Under the pieces are notes generated by a model, which searched no databases, was not told the DNA's origin, and was given only the letters and a program-made list of their open reading frames with translations. From Nitrospirota bacterium (GTDB lineage: Bacteria > Nitrospirota > UBA9217), in assembly GCA_963741205.1 (NCBI GenBank), contig CAVUHW010000014.1, positions 1 through 64,000 of the forward strand: 64,000 nucleotides of DNA, read 5' to 3'. Shown here in pieces: positions 1 through 10,675 of the stretch. Every line of letters starts with the position of its first letter. The stretch's first letter is position 1. A program made the position numbers and the translations under genes.

Positions 1-593
1 TTGAACAGCTCATGGGTCTCGGCGTCGCTGAACTTGAGGTCGCTGCCGGAGAGTTCTCCCACGGCCTGCCTTGCCCGGAGACGGGCGAGTTCAATGTCCG
101 GCTGCGTGCGCGACACGAGCATGAACCGGATGCGCGGCGGTGTGGCTTCGAGGAATACCTTCATCAAGGAGCGAAGTTCCGCGGATGGGGTAGTGTTGTT
201 GAATTCGTCGAAGACGACGAGCAGAGGCTGCGGAATATTTCCCATGACCTGATCGAGCCATCGGGCCACGCCGCTCTGCATGCTGCCGATGCCGAACCGG
301 TTCACCGGCACCGGGGGCAGTTCGGGCACCCACTGGGGAAAGGCGCGCTGCACGGCGTGCCCCAGACAGGAGAGGAATACCGTGGGGTTGTCATCCTCCC
401 GGTCTATGTTATACCAGATTGACGGCGAGCGGAGAGACGCGGCGTAATCGGCAGCGAGCGTACTTTTGCCTTGGCCGGCCTGGGCATGGATGATCACCAG
501 CTTTCGGTCCTCCCATGCCTGCAGCTTGTCGAGGAGCCTTTCGCGTGCCAAGACATGAGACGGTTTGGGTGGGAGAAACTTCGTCAGGTTCAT
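1..593 (-). CDS. MalT-like/STAND ATP-dependent transcriptional regulator, N-terminal part (runs off window)
   Basis: Not in ORF track. Manual translation from ATG 593: MNLTKFLPPKPSHVLARERLLDKL...IIHAQAGQGKST (Walker A)...LLVVFDEF...RFMLVSRTQPDIELARLR...DLKFSDAE; GGGGAG RBS. Confidence 0.8.
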   Translation of the reverse strand, partial: MNLTKFLPPKPSHVLARERLLDKLQAWEDRKLVIIHAQAGQGKSTLAADYAASLRSPSIWYNIDREDDNPTVFLSCLGHAVQRAFPQWVPELPPVPVNRFGIGSMQSGVARWLDQVMGNIPQPLLVVFDEFNNTTPSAELRSLMKVFLEATPPRIRFMLVSRTQPDIELARLRARQAVGELSGSDLKFSDAETHELF

Positions 594-1207
594 TGTCTAC
601 TCCCCTTTTTCCGGAGGGAACTTTCGCAACAAAACTTGCTTTCATCGAAATAAAAAAGGACGGAAAAGATGTGTTTATAGTGACTCTTCTCCAATAAGAA
701 TTCACACGGCGGTTTGCGCCGCACAATCCGCACGCATCATGCCTTGTAAGGGATGAACAAATTGTAGCCGTAATCGTAAATAAAATCAACCGCCCGAATT
801 GGTAGATTAAGACTGTAGCAAGAACACCACATCATATGACAGATTACCTGGTAATACCTTCTTCTTCATAAGACGTAAATAGATTTCACTCTCCATGCCG
901 TGACGTATTATCGGCTGGCTGGATCATATCCGTTCTCCCTGAAAAAAGGGCCGCCCGTGAAAACGGACCCGGTCCACCTAAGCCATGGTAATTAATTGCA
1001 TTTATATTTGAGTTCTTGGAACGAGGAACTGCAGCGGGTCATCAAATCTTCGCGTGAATGATAGAGGTGAGATTCAAGAGGATTGTAGAAAAGGCTGAAC
1101 GCCGCCGGAATTGTTGAGCGTTTGGCCTAATGATTGTTCTCAACCTTGCTTTGCCGGCGTCCATCCGAACGGGACTCCTTAAGGTCCCTCAATGAGGAAA
1201 GTCTTAT

Positions 1208-2083
1208 TCAGTTCCCCACTTGATAGAATGCCCGGGGAGTCAGGCGGGGATTATCCATGGCATATTTCGGTTCCACGTTTGCCCCGAGCTGGGTCAGGAT
1301 GAGCGTGCTCCTCCACAGGCTGCGCCTCGAGCGCGCGCCGAGGACCGCGGTAAATACAAGGCCTTTCTCCGTATTGATTGCGCAGACGAAGCAATGCCTC
1401 GCGGTTCCCGTATAACCCGTTTTCCCGCCGATCATGTTCCCCGTCTGCCAAAGAAGGTCATTGGTACTCTCCAGGAAAAGTTCCCTCCCTTCGGCGGTCT
1501 TGACCAGGTATTCTTTCTTGCCCAGGATCTCCCGTATGAGAGGATAGGTGAGCGCGTGCTTCAAGATCAGGACAAGATCGCCGGCCGTGGTGTACTGCGG
1601 TTCTCGCCCCTTGGGAAGCCCGGACGCGTTCGCAAAGAGGGTGTTGTTCGCACCGATCTCTTTCGCTTTTTTGTTCATGAGCAGCACGAAATCCTGCTCC
1701 GAACCGGAAGTCTCCTCGGCAAGGGCCACGGCCGAGGCATTTATGGATTTTATGAGGGCGAGATGGAGGAGATCGGAAACCGTCATCTCTTCGCCGGGGC
1801 GTATTCTTGGCTGGATGGACCGGACTTTGCCGGCATTCCTGCTGATCTTCACTTTTTTCTGGGGGTCCAGGTTGTCGAGTGCCACCATGGCGGTGATAAG
1901 TTTGACCGTGCTTGCGGGGGCGAGCCTTGCGCCCGGATGCTTTGCATAGAGCACCGATCCAGAGTCATCCATCACAATGGCTGCCTTTGCGGGGATCGAT
2001 TTCTGAGACAACGCCGTCGCCGGTGTCACCCAGATGAACGGGATCACCGCGATAAGCACAAGGAATAAGATTCGTTTTTTCAT
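1208..2083 (-). CDS. D-alanyl-D-alanine carboxypeptidase (peptidase S11)
   Basis: Signal peptide; SxxK (ASTVK), SxN (SINA), KTG (GGKTGYT). Confidence 0.9.
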   Translation of the reverse strand: MKKRILFLVLIAVIPFIWVTPATALSQKSIPAKAAIVMDDSGSVLYAKHPGARLAPASTVKLITAMVALDNLDPQKKVKISRNAGKVRSIQPRIRPGEEMTVSDLLHLALIKSINASAVALAEETSGSEQDFVLLMNKKAKEIGANNTLFANASGLPKGREPQYTTAGDLVLILKHALTYPLIREILGKKEYLVKTAEGRELFLESTNDLLWQTGNMIGGKTGYTGTARHCFVCAINTEKGLVFTAVLGARSRRSLWRSTLILTQLGANVEPKYAMDNPRLTPRAFYQVGN

Positions 2084-2486
2084 TGCAGCCTCACGTTGAA
2101 AGTAGTTCGGTTGTCATAACATTAAGATAAACAACGCTAAAGTCGGCCTAAACAACGTGAATCCGGCGTCTCTCATCGGCCCCCTTGCCTGTCTGGCGCG
2201 AAAGAAGCGCCCGGCATGCTTTTCTCTTTTTTAATTTTATAACCTTATTCCCCTCATAAGTCAAGGTAAAGAATCGCTTTTATTGATTTTCTTCCTAAAC
2301 CTGCTACAATCAAGGATGAACCCCATGAGAGAACAATTGCTCCTGCAGTTAGCCTTACGGCTTTATACCGCGAGTTGGAGGGCATTCTGTCAACCGCCGA
2401 CAGGTGTCGTCAGTCTTCTCTAACGGGATAACCCCCCTTCTCATATTTTTTGAATCGAAGAAGGAAGCGAAAGGAAGAGGCAGTTC

Positions 2487-3980
2487 ATGAAGGAATATGA
2501 CGTCATCATAGTCGGCTCCGGCAGCGGGGCGAACCTCATCGAGGATGCCCTCGAGCACAACAAGTCCGTCGCCCTTGTGGATAAGGGTCCTGTGGGAGGC
2601 ACCTGTCTCAACGTAGGCTGCATACCCACGAAGATGATCGTCTATCCAGCGGACCGGATCATGGAAATCCGGGAGGCGAAGAAGCTCGGCATCGCCGCCG
2701 ATATCAGGGACATAGACTTTGCGGCCATCATGAAGAGGATGCGGGCATCGGTCAAGAAGAGCCATGACCGGATCCAGGAGGCGTTGGAGAAGGCAGAGGA
2801 CTTCGACTTTTATTTCGGCGAGGCCCATTTCACCGGTGATTACACGCTGGAAGTTAACCCCGTGGGAGAAGGAAATCCACGGACAAGTTCTCCGAGCGGT
2901 AGTCAATCGTCGTCCGATAAAGATCACGGAGGCCGCCAACGCAAATCATCGTCCCGTTCAAATGGGGAAAAAGGCCGGACCATCAAGGGCAAGACCATCA
3001 TACTCGTCTCCGGCGCGCGGCCGCTCGTCCCGAAGGTCTCGGGCATCGAGGGCATCGAGTACCTCACCAATGAGACGGCGCTCCGTCTCACGGAAAGGCC
3101 CGAAAGCATGGTGATCATCGGCGGCGGGTATATCGCCGCGGAGTTCGCCCATTTCTTCGAGGCCATGGGGACGAAGGTCACGATCATCCAGCGGAACAAG
3201 CGGCTGGTGCCCGAGGAGGAGCCCGAGGTCTCGGAATTGCTCAAGACCGCCCTCGCCCGCCGCATGACGGTCCTTACCAATACGGAGGCAATCGAGGTCC
3301 GCCAGACCGGCAAGATCACGACGGTCGTGGCGCGGGAGCTGGACAGCGGAAAGCAGAGGGAAGTGACGGCGCGGCATGTCCTGATCGCCGCGGGCCGGAA
3401 GTCGAACGCCGATGTCCTGATGGTCGGGAACACCGGCGTGAAAACGGACGACAGAGGCTACATCGCCGTGGACGAGTTTTTCGAGACAACGAAGAAGAAC
3501 ATCTGGTCCTTCGGCGACGCCATCGGCAAAAAGATGTTCCGGCACGCTGCCAATCATGAGGCCGATCTCGTCTGGCACAACGCACTCCATGGCAAAAATT
3601 CGAGGATGAACTATCTCACCGTGCCGCACGCCGTGTTCTCCTGGCCCGAGATAGCCTCGGTCGGGCTGACGGAAGAAGAGGCCGTTAAACTCATGGGCAA
3701 AAAGGACCTGCTCATCGGTAAGGCACTGTATACCGATGTCGCGCGGGGAGAGGCCATGATGGAGGACGAGGGCTTTGCGAAGGCGATCGTTCACCGGAAA
3801 ACGGGAAAGATCCTGGGATACCACATCATCGGACCGCAGGCGTCCATCCTGATCCAGGAGGTCGTGAACGCCATGGCTGCGGATGGGAACCTCTGGGCAG
3901 TAGCCAAGGGCATCCATATCCACCCGGCGCTCTCCGAAGTAGTTTTGAAGCCCTTCGGGAAGTTAAAGGGGGCCGGGTGA
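2487..3980 (+). CDS. Dihydrolipoyl dehydrogenase-family disulfide oxidoreductase with ~35-aa insertion
   Basis: GSGSG FAD motif, GGTCLNVGCIP, GGGYIA, C-terminal HPALSE. Confidence 0.88.
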   Translation: MKEYDVIIVGSGSGANLIEDALEHNKSVALVDKGPVGGTCLNVGCIPTKMIVYPADRIMEIREAKKLGIAADIRDIDFAAIMKRMRASVKKSHDRIQEALEKAEDFDFYFGEAHFTGDYTLEVNPVGEGNPRTSSPSGSQSSSDKDHGGRQRKSSSRSNGEKGRTIKGKTIILVSGARPLVPKVSGIEGIEYLTNETALRLTERPESMVIIGGGYIAAEFAHFFEAMGTKVTIIQRNKRLVPEEEPEVSELLKTALARRMTVLTNTEAIEVRQTGKITTVVARELDSGKQREVTARHVLIAAGRKSNADVLMVGNTGVKTDDRGYIAVDEFFETTKKNIWSFGDAIGKKMFRHAANHEADLVWHNALHGKNSRMNYLTVPHAVFSWPEIASVGLTEEEAVKLMGKKDLLIGKALYTDVARGEAMMEDEGFAKAIVHRKTGKILGYHIIGPQASILIQEVVNAMAADGNLWAVAKGIHIHPALSEVVLKPFGKLKGAG

Positions 3981-4063
3981 TATTTTACATGAGCGCCCTG
4001 AAAACCGGGACGGCGCGCGTGGCTTGAATTCGCTTTCCGTAATGAAAAATCAGGATCCGAATA

Positions 4064-5464
4064 TCATGTTTCCGTCTTCGGCACATGGATGGCAGCCTTA
4101 TGAACGTCTGAGGCCGCTTCCATGACGGCCTCAGCCAGCGTCGGGTGAGCATGGATCATCCTGCCAAGCTGTGCGGCTGTTGCGCCCATCTGAAGGGCGA
4201 GGGCTCCTTCGTGGACGAGATCAGTGGCATGGGCGCCGCAGATGTGGACCCCCAGCACCTTGTCGGTCGCCTCGTCCGCGATGATCTTCACCAAGCCGGT
4301 GATCTCTCCCATGGCGTGCGCCTTGCCGAGCGCGCGGTAGGGGAAGCGTCCGACCCGGTACTTGACGCCCTTCTCGGCCGCCTGCTTCTCGCGAAGCCCC
4401 ACGCTGCCGATCTCGGGCATGGTGAAGATGCCCGAGGGGACAACGCCGTAGTCCATGCTCTCATTGCCGCCGAGCGCGTTCTCCACGGCCACGAGGCCCT
4501 GATGAGACGCCACGTGGGCAAGCATGTTTTTCGCAGTCACGTCTCCGACGGCGTAAATGCCGGGAACACTCGTCTCCATCTTTTCATCAACGATGATCTC
4601 GCCGCGCCGGCCTGTCTCCACGCCAACATCGCCCAGACCGAGGCCCCCGGAATTCAGACTGCGGCCGACGGACACAAGGACCGCCTCGGCCCTGACCTCC
4701 TGCCCATTGCTGAGTCGGGCGACGAGCAGTCCGTCGTCCTCCCTGCTCACCCCCTCCACTTTGACGTTCGTGAAGAGCTTGATCTTCGCCTTTTTGAACT
4801 CGCGTTCGATGATGTCCGCCATGTCCTCGTCCTCCGTGGAAATGGCGCGCGGAAGCATTTCCGCCATCGTCACCTCGGCCCCGAGGGACCGGTAGATGAA
4901 CGCAAACTCGGAACCGATCACTCCCGCGCCGATGATGAGCAGGCTCTTGGGGATTCGCTTCAGAAGGACCGCGTCATCGCTCGACATGACGCCCTCGCCG
5001 TCGAACGGGAGGCCCGGCAGCGCGGCGGGACGGGAACCGGTGGCGATGATCACCTTGTCCGATTTCACGTCCATGGTCATCCCGTCCTGCTGGACCACGC
5101 GCACCACGTCGGGCGAAAGCAGTGAGCCGCGTCCCTCGATGAGGTTCACCCCCCAGCTCTTGAACAGGCCCCGGATCCCCTTCACCTGTGTGGAAACGAC
5201 CTTGTCCTTTCGCTCACGAATCTTCGCGAGGCTGAAGTTTACGGCGCCGGACACCTCGATGCCGTAAGCGCCGGCATTTCGCACGCGCTCGAGCGCCTCG
5301 ACCGAGGCAATGATGGTCTTCGTTGGGATGCAGCCCTGGTTCAGGCAGGTGCCGCCCACCTCTGCGCTCTCCACCACCGTCACCTGCGCCCCCTTCTGCG
5401 CGGCGCGGACCGCGGCCACGTAGCCGCCCGGACCCGCGCCGATGATCGTGAGTTTTATCGTCAT
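4064..5464 (-). CDS. lpdA: Dihydrolipoyl dehydrogenase
   Basis: GAGPGGY, GGTCLNQGCIPTK, GAGVIG, HAHPTLAE; AAGGAG RBS before ATG 5464. Confidence 0.92.
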   Translation of the reverse strand: MTIKLTIIGAGPGGYVAAVRAAQKGAQVTVVESAEVGGTCLNQGCIPTKTIIASVEALERVRNAGAYGIEVSGAVNFSLAKIRERKDKVVSTQVKGIRGLFKSWGVNLIEGRGSLLSPDVVRVVQQDGMTMDVKSDKVIIATGSRPAALPGLPFDGEGVMSSDDAVLLKRIPKSLLIIGAGVIGSEFAFIYRSLGAEVTMAEMLPRAISTEDEDMADIIEREFKKAKIKLFTNVKVEGVSREDDGLLVARLSNGQEVRAEAVLVSVGRSLNSGGLGLGDVGVETGRRGEIIVDEKMETSVPGIYAVGDVTAKNMLAHVASHQGLVAVENALGGNESMDYGVVPSGIFTMPEIGSVGLREKQAAEKGVKYRVGRFPYRALGKAHAMGEITGLVKIIADEATDKVLGVHICGAHATDLVHEGALALQMGATAAQLGRMIHAHPTLAEAVMEAASDVHKAAIHVPKTET

Positions 5465-5493
5465 AATCACTCCTTGTAATTACTCGGGTCTAT

Positions 5494-5591
5494 CTCACAC
5501 AAAACCACTAAGGCACAAAGAATGGCTTGATATGTCGCGTCCGTTACTAAATCTTGCGCAATGCTTCATGCGCTTCGTGCCTTCGCGTGAA
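5494..5591. repeat. Imperfect inverted repeat built from CACnAAG-type units
   Basis: cacacaaaaccactaaggcacaaag ... cttcatgcgcttcgtgccttcgcgtg between gcvH and lpdA. Confidence 0.5.
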
Positions 5592-5686
5592 CATGTTTTC
5601 CGAAGCTGTTGCTCCTTAAAGAAAAAGGGAGAGTATAAACTCTCCCTTTCGGCAGTTCTTCCGGTCATTCATTCTTCCGCTCGCCT

Positions 5687-6076
5687 CTACTTTTCCTCTT
5701 CTTCCTTCAGGAACTTCTCGTACTCCGACTTGCTCATGAGATCGTTCAGTTCCGAGGCATCGCTCATGTCGAGCACCACGAGCCAGCCGTTGCCGTAGGG
5801 GTCTTCGTTGATGATCTCCGGCGAGTCGGCGAGATCCTCATTCACCTCCACCACGGTGCCGGACACCGGGCTGACAACGGGGGAGGTCGCCTTCGTGGAC
5901 TCGACCTCGGAGAGTTCCGAGTCGGCGTCGATCTCGGTGTCCGGTTCCGGCAGATCGATGTATACGATATCACCCATCTGCTGTTGAGCGTAGTCGGTTA
6001 TGCCGATGGTCGCCCGCTTTCCTTCCGCGCGCACCCAGGCATGTTCTCTATGGTATTTGATATCGTCGGGGTTCAT
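5687..6076 (-). CDS. gcvH: Glycine cleavage system H protein
   Basis: HAWV, GITDYAQQQMGDIVY, lipoyl-lysine VESTKAT, INEDPYGNGW. Confidence 0.95.
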   Translation of the reverse strand: MNPDDIKYHREHAWVRAEGKRATIGITDYAQQQMGDIVYIDLPEPDTEIDADSELSEVESTKATSPVVSPVSGTVVEVNEDLADSPEIINEDPYGNGWLVVLDMSDASELNDLMSKSEYEKFLKEEEEK

Positions 6077-6361
6077 GTATACCTCCAGGATGTGAACGTG
6101 GTTGAAAACAGAATGAGTCTGTTTTTAGCCCAAGCACGGATTTTTGTCAAGAAAAAAAATGGAGAAATTTTTAGCGCTGCGTGTTCACGTTCGAGAATAC
6201 CATCTCTCTCTTCATTGCCGGATTAATGAGGAGATTATAGCATCTTTTCCCGGGAATTGTTCGCCAGGCAGGTGGATGACAGCGGTTTTCGCGCGCGTAA
6301 TAAAAAGGGGATGCGCGTTAACGCATCCCCTTCCCTTGACATCGCTCACTGAGACAGGCGG

Positions 6362-7525
6362 CTAGACCGCGACGGGCGCCTGCGCTTTCGCGGCCTTCTT
6401 CACCGCGGCCGCGCCGGAGGCTTCGACCATGGTGATCGCTTTTTTGGGACACCGCGACTCGCACATCCTGCAGCCGATACACTTTTCCTGGTTGACGACG
6501 TGGAGCTGACGGACGTCCCCGGAGATGGCGTTCACCGGGCAGACTTTCTCGCACATATCGATACCCACGCACTTCGCGGGATCGATGAAGGCCTTGGGCC
6601 GGACCGGAATATAGTCAAAGATCGCATTCGTGGGGCACTTATTGACGCAGAGTCCGCACACGATGCATTTGCTGTGGTCGATCCGCGCGAGATTGTTGTC
6701 GATCTTGATGGCGTTCACCGGGCAGGTCCTGACGCAGATGCTGCAGGCGATGCAGCCCACCTGGCACTTTTTCTTGACGTCGATGCCCTTGTCCCTGCTG
6801 TGGCAGCTGATCACGACCGCCTTGGAGGCCTGGGCGAGTTCGATGACCTGCTTGGGACAGGCCGCTACGCACTTTCCGCAGGCCGTACACTTGTCCGGGT
6901 TTATCTGGGGGAGGTTGTCGGCGCTCATCGTGATCGCGTCAAAGGGGCAGGCGCGCATGCAGGTCGCGTATCCCAGGCACCCGTAGTCGCAGGACTTGTC
7001 CCCGCCCGCAGCCAGTACCGCCGCAGTGCAGTCCCTGACGCCGGTGTAGATGAATTTTCGCTGGGAGAGAGACGTTCCGCCCTGGCAGAAGACCCGAGCG
7101 ATCTTGGGCTCCATCTTCTCGGCCTTCTTGCCGGTGATCACGGCGATCTTCTCCGCGACCGGCGACTTCCCGGGCGCGCACATGTTTGCTGCAACGTCCG
7201 GGTTTCCAACGACCGCCTCGGCATAGCCCATGCATCCCGCAAATCCGCAGGCGCCGCAGTTGGCGCCGGGCAGCGTCTCGCGGACCTGCTCCACTTTCGG
7301 ATCGACTTTCACGACGAAGCGTGCGGCCACGATGGCGAGAGCGACGCCAAAAACAATACCAAGTCCCGCCAGCACAATCAATGTTATATACACAGTAGAA
7401 GTGGGTACGAATCCGGTCGCCTCCGTCGAACCGCCGGCCTCGACGAGGGGAACCAGCTTACTGGCGAAGATGCTTACCGCGTGGGAAATAGTTTGAGCGA
7501 GAATACTTGTTATTTGTTCATACAT
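6362..7525 (-). CDS. rnfB: Rnf complex subunit B (long polyferredoxin form)
   Basis: TM anchor, LPGANCGACGFAGC, several CxxCxxCxxxCP motifs. Confidence 0.93.
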   Translation of the reverse strand: MYEQITSILAQTISHAVSIFASKLVPLVEAGGSTEATGFVPTSTVYITLIVLAGLGIVFGVALAIVAARFVVKVDPKVEQVRETLPGANCGACGFAGCMGYAEAVVGNPDVAANMCAPGKSPVAEKIAVITGKKAEKMEPKIARVFCQGGTSLSQRKFIYTGVRDCTAAVLAAGGDKSCDYGCLGYATCMRACPFDAITMSADNLPQINPDKCTACGKCVAACPKQVIELAQASKAVVISCHSRDKGIDVKKKCQVGCIACSICVRTCPVNAIKIDNNLARIDHSKCIVCGLCVNKCPTNAIFDYIPVRPKAFIDPAKCVGIDMCEKVCPVNAISGDVRQLHVVNQEKCIGCRMCESRCPKKAITMVEASGAAAVKKAAKAQAPVAV

Positions 7526-7585
7526 GGGTTTGTACCTTCAGCTTAGTTATTAGAAACCACGGACCCTCGGAAGATGGAGGTTTTT

Positions 7586-7618
7586 TACTCCGCATTCCGC
7601 AGTCCGCATTCCGCATTG
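7586..7618. repeat. Heptamer tandem repeat (TCCGCAT/G)
   Basis: tccgcat tccgcag tccgcat tccgcat between rnfA and rnfB. Confidence 0.7.
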
Positions 7619-7621
7619 CTT

Positions 7622-8206
7622 TTACAGGGTGATCATACCCGAGAAGCCCAGAAACGCCAGGGCGATCAGGCCGGTCAAAACGAAGGATATCGGCAGCCCC
7701 TGGAACGACTTGGGTACATCCGCAAGTTCCAGCTTTTCCCGGATGCTCGCCATGATGATGAGGGCCAGGCTGAACCCCAGACCGGAGCCCACCGCCATGG
7801 CCATGCTCTCAAACAGGCTGTAATTTTCATCGGCGTTGAGAAGCGGCACCGCCAGGATGACACAGTTCGTCACGATCAGCGCAAGGTAGATGCCCAGCTT
7901 GTAGTACAACGCCGGAGCGACTTTCTTCATAATCGTGTCCGCAGCCTGCACGAAGGCGGCGATCACGCCGATGAAAATAACGATCTTTAAGAACCCGAGA
8001 TGATAGGGAACCATGACGTAGTTATAAATAAGCCAGTTCAGGGACGCGGAAATAAGCATGACTGTGGTAAAGGTAAAGCTCATCCCGATGGATGTTTCCA
8101 TCTTTTTCGTCACGCCGAAAAATATGCAGAGGCCGAGATAGCGGGAAAAAACGAAGTTATTAATGAGCGCTGATGCGATGAATATGGTCAGAACATGCTG
8201 CAACAT
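7622..8206 (-). CDS. rnfA: Rnf complex subunit A
   Basis: NNFVFSRYLGLC, LGIYLALIVTNCVIL, hydrophobic. Confidence 0.93.
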   Translation of the reverse strand: MLQHVLTIFIASALINNFVFSRYLGLCIFFGVTKKMETSIGMSFTFTTVMLISASLNWLIYNYVMVPYHLGFLKIVIFIGVIAAFVQAADTIMKKVAPALYYKLGIYLALIVTNCVILAVPLLNADENYSLFESMAMAVGSGLGFSLALIIMASIREKLELADVPKSFQGLPISFVLTGLIALAFLGFSGMITL

Positions 8207-8225
8207 GATATATCCTCCGAATTCT

Positions 8226-8285
8226 ATTGCGGAATGCGGATTGCGGAATTTAAATCCGAAATCTACAATCCGAAATCCGAAATCC
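8226..8285. repeat. Inverted pair of heptamer arrays (TGCGGAA / TCCGAAA)
   Basis: ttgcggaatgcggattgcggaat...atccgaaatctacaatccgaaatccgaaatc. Confidence 0.7.
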
Positions 8286-8917
8286 TAATGGTGTCCTCCG
8301 CCTCCGCCGCCTGTGCCGCCGAAGAACTTCCGGTCCATCCAGTTGAGCCAACCCATCATGAGACCCATCGCGAAGAACCCCCCTGTCGGCATGATCATGA
8401 TGAGCAGCGGTTTTGAAGGCAAAATATGGGCGCCCCAGAGCGACCCTTTGCCCAGGAACTCCCGGAACACCCCGAGCAGCACCAGGGCAAACAGAAAGCC
8501 CAGCCCCATGCCTACCCCGTCAACGAAGGAAGGCAGAAGCTTGTTCTTGCTCGCGAACATCTCAGCGCGGGAAAGGATAATGGCGAAGGCGACGATGAGC
8601 ATGATATAGAGGCCCATTTCCTTGTATACCGCCCTCTGGTAGGCCGCCATCACCTGGTCGATCACCGTGACCCAGGTGGCGGTGATGAACACATAGGAGG
8701 GGATCCGGACTTTCGGGCTGATAAAGTTCCGCAGCAGGGAAACCGTCACGTTCGTCATGGTCATAACGAAGAGAACCGCGACGCCCATCAGGAAGCCGTT
8801 TTTCACGCCGCAGGTCACGGCCACAGCCGGGCAGAGCGAGAGAGCAAGCCTGAAGACCGGGTTTTCGCCGAAGATGCCGTTTTTAAAGAGCGCCCAGTAA
8901 CTAACGTTATTGCTCAT
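8285..8917 (-). CDS. rnfE: Rnf complex subunit E
   Basis: ENPVFRLALSLCPAVAVT, VRIP, GVFREFLG. Confidence 0.92.
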   Translation of the reverse strand: MSNNVSYWALFKNGIFGENPVFRLALSLCPAVAVTCGVKNGFLMGVAVLFVMTMTNVTVSLLRNFISPKVRIPSYVFITATWVTVIDQVMAAYQRAVYKEMGLYIMLIVAFAIILSRAEMFASKNKLLPSFVDGVGMGLGFLFALVLLGVFREFLGKGSLWGAHILPSKPLLIMIMPTGGFFAMGLMMGWLNWMDRKFFGGTGGGGGGHH

Positions 8918-9502
8918 TTCGTCACCTCTTGCATCGCCGACTTGATGCCCGCGCCGTACTTATCGATGAGCAGCTGCGCGGCTTCCTTAACGCCTTTCGT
9001 CACCCCGCGGCTCGAATAGGTGGCGCCGGATACGGCCTGGATGTTTTCCTTTGTCTCCACCTTTACCAGTTTGATCTGGTCAAGGGACTTCCCCTTGAAC
9101 TGGTCCAGAAAGCTCTTGTCCTCGACCTGGTCCCCCAGCCCGGGAGTTTCTTCATGGCCGAGAATCTTAACGTCCCTGATCTTGAGATCAGGATTGAGAG
9201 ACACGAGCATCTTGATATAACTTGAATAGCCCTTACCCGCGGTGCTTGCGATATACGCCACCGGTTTGCCGCCGGAGGTCGCCTCAAAATATTCATAGGG
9301 CTTGTTGTCTGCGGACCAGTTCCCCGCCATCTTAATGGGATCGGCCGCATCGGGGGCCATCTCTTTCAGCGCCTCTTCCTTTTCCTTCTTTTCAGCCTGG
9401 AACCGCACCGGGTAGGTATATCGGTAGGTGAGCACCCATGATCAAGCCCGCAACCACGAAGATGGCGACAAGACTCAGGGTTATTTTCAGCATGTCTTTC
9501 AT
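8914..9502 (-). CDS. rnfG: Rnf complex subunit G (one frameshift near 9436)
   Basis: ATG 9502 overlaps rnfD stop, MKDMLKITLSLVAIFVVAGLIMG; ETPGLG; FMN motif SGATYSS. Confidence 0.88.
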
Positions 9503-10539
9503 TTCTTCACCGCCTTGGCCTCGGCCTTGCCGAAGACGGGGCTGCGCATACCCCGGTCAAGCAGCGGCGCGAAGGCGTTCATGAGGAGGATGGCGAACAT
9601 CACGCCTTCGGGGTAGCCGCCCTTAAGCCTGATGAGCGTCGTGAGTATTCCGGCGCAGACACCGTACACGATCTGCGCGCGCCTGACCGAGGGTCCGGTC
9701 ACGTAATCGGTGGCCATGAAGAAAGCCCCGAGGACCAGGCCGCCGGACATCATGTGCAGGAGCGGGTCGCCGGTCATGAGGCCGTCTTTGCCGCCGAAGA
9801 TCCAGGTGAGAACGCCGACGGTGGCGATAAAGGGAATGGGGATGTGCCAGGTGATGTACCGCTTTGCCATCAAAAACGCCGCGCCGAGCAGGAGCGCGAT
9901 GATCGACGTCTCGCCGAGAGAGCCGGCCCGGTTTCCTATGAAGAGATCCTGATACAGGGCGGCTTTGGTATGGTACACCTCAAGGAGTTTCGCCATCCCC
10001 TCCTCTTTCAGGAGGACAAGCGGCGTGGCCGTGGTCTTGGCATCCACTGCCATGAACGAGGCGGCGGGAGCCACAAAGGTGGTCATGGTTTTGGCGAAAC
10101 TGACCAGGACGAAGGCGCGGCCGACAAGCGCGGGGTTGAAGATGTTGTAACCGAGACCGCCGAACAGTTGCTTGGCGATCATGATGGCCACGATGGACCC
10201 GACGAACGGAATGTAGAGCGGTGCATTGGCGGGAAGGTTCATGGCAAGGAGCAGGCCCGTCAGGAACGCGCTCCCGTCGGAGAGCGTAATGGGCTTCTTT
10301 ACGACCCACTGCATCCCGGCTTCGGCCGCGAGAGACGTCACGAGACAGACGAGAATGACCATGATGGCCGGCATGCCGAAGTAATAGACCGACATGAGCG
10401 TCGCGGGAAGGAGCGCGCCGCTTACGGTCCACATGATCTTCGCCGTGGTCTCCACATCGTGCATGTGAGGACCGATCGATACGATCAGTTTCGGCGGGGC
10501 TTTCGGTTGTACCGGTTGTACCTGTGCGGGTGCTTCCAT
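9499..10539 (-). CDS. rnfD: Rnf complex subunit D
   Basis: FGGLGYNIFNPA, FMN motif TTATPL, GSLGETS, FFMATDYVT, GGYPEGVMFAIL. Confidence 0.93.
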   Translation of the reverse strand: MEAPAQVQPVQPKAPPKLIVSIGPHMHDVETTAKIMWTVSGALLPATLMSVYYFGMPAIMVILVCLVTSLAAEAGMQWVVKKPITLSDGSAFLTGLLLAMNLPANAPLYIPFVGSIVAIMIAKQLFGGLGYNIFNPALVGRAFVLVSFAKTMTTFVAPAASFMAVDAKTTATPLVLLKEEGMAKLLEVYHTKAALYQDLFIGNRAGSLGETSIIALLLGAAFLMAKRYITWHIPIPFIATVGVLTWIFGGKDGLMTGDPLLHMMSGGLVLGAFFMATDYVTGPSVRRAQIVYGVCAGILTTLIRLKGGYPEGVMFAILLMNAFAPLLDRGMRSPVFGKAEAKAVKK

Positions 10540-10559
10540 CGAGTGTCCTCTTCTGCTGC

Positions 10560-10670
10560 AGAGCGCAGGGCGCATAGTGAAATTCGCATGGGGCATGGCG
10601 CATGGCGTTAGAACTTGCCTTGCCCTATGCGCTTAGCGCTATGCGTATTCTCTTTGCGCTCTGCTCTAGA
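10560..10670. repeat. Palindromic element of GCGCATG/CTATGCG heptamers
   Basis: gagcgcagggcgcatag...gcatggcgcatggcg...ccctatgcgcttagcgctatgcg...tttgcgctct. Confidence 0.6.
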
Positions 10671-10675
10671 CCTTG

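Noticed and set aside
940-975. Terminator or riboswitch between the carboxypeptidase and MalT-like genes
   Set aside because: Stem is imperfect and no aptamer consensus recognised.
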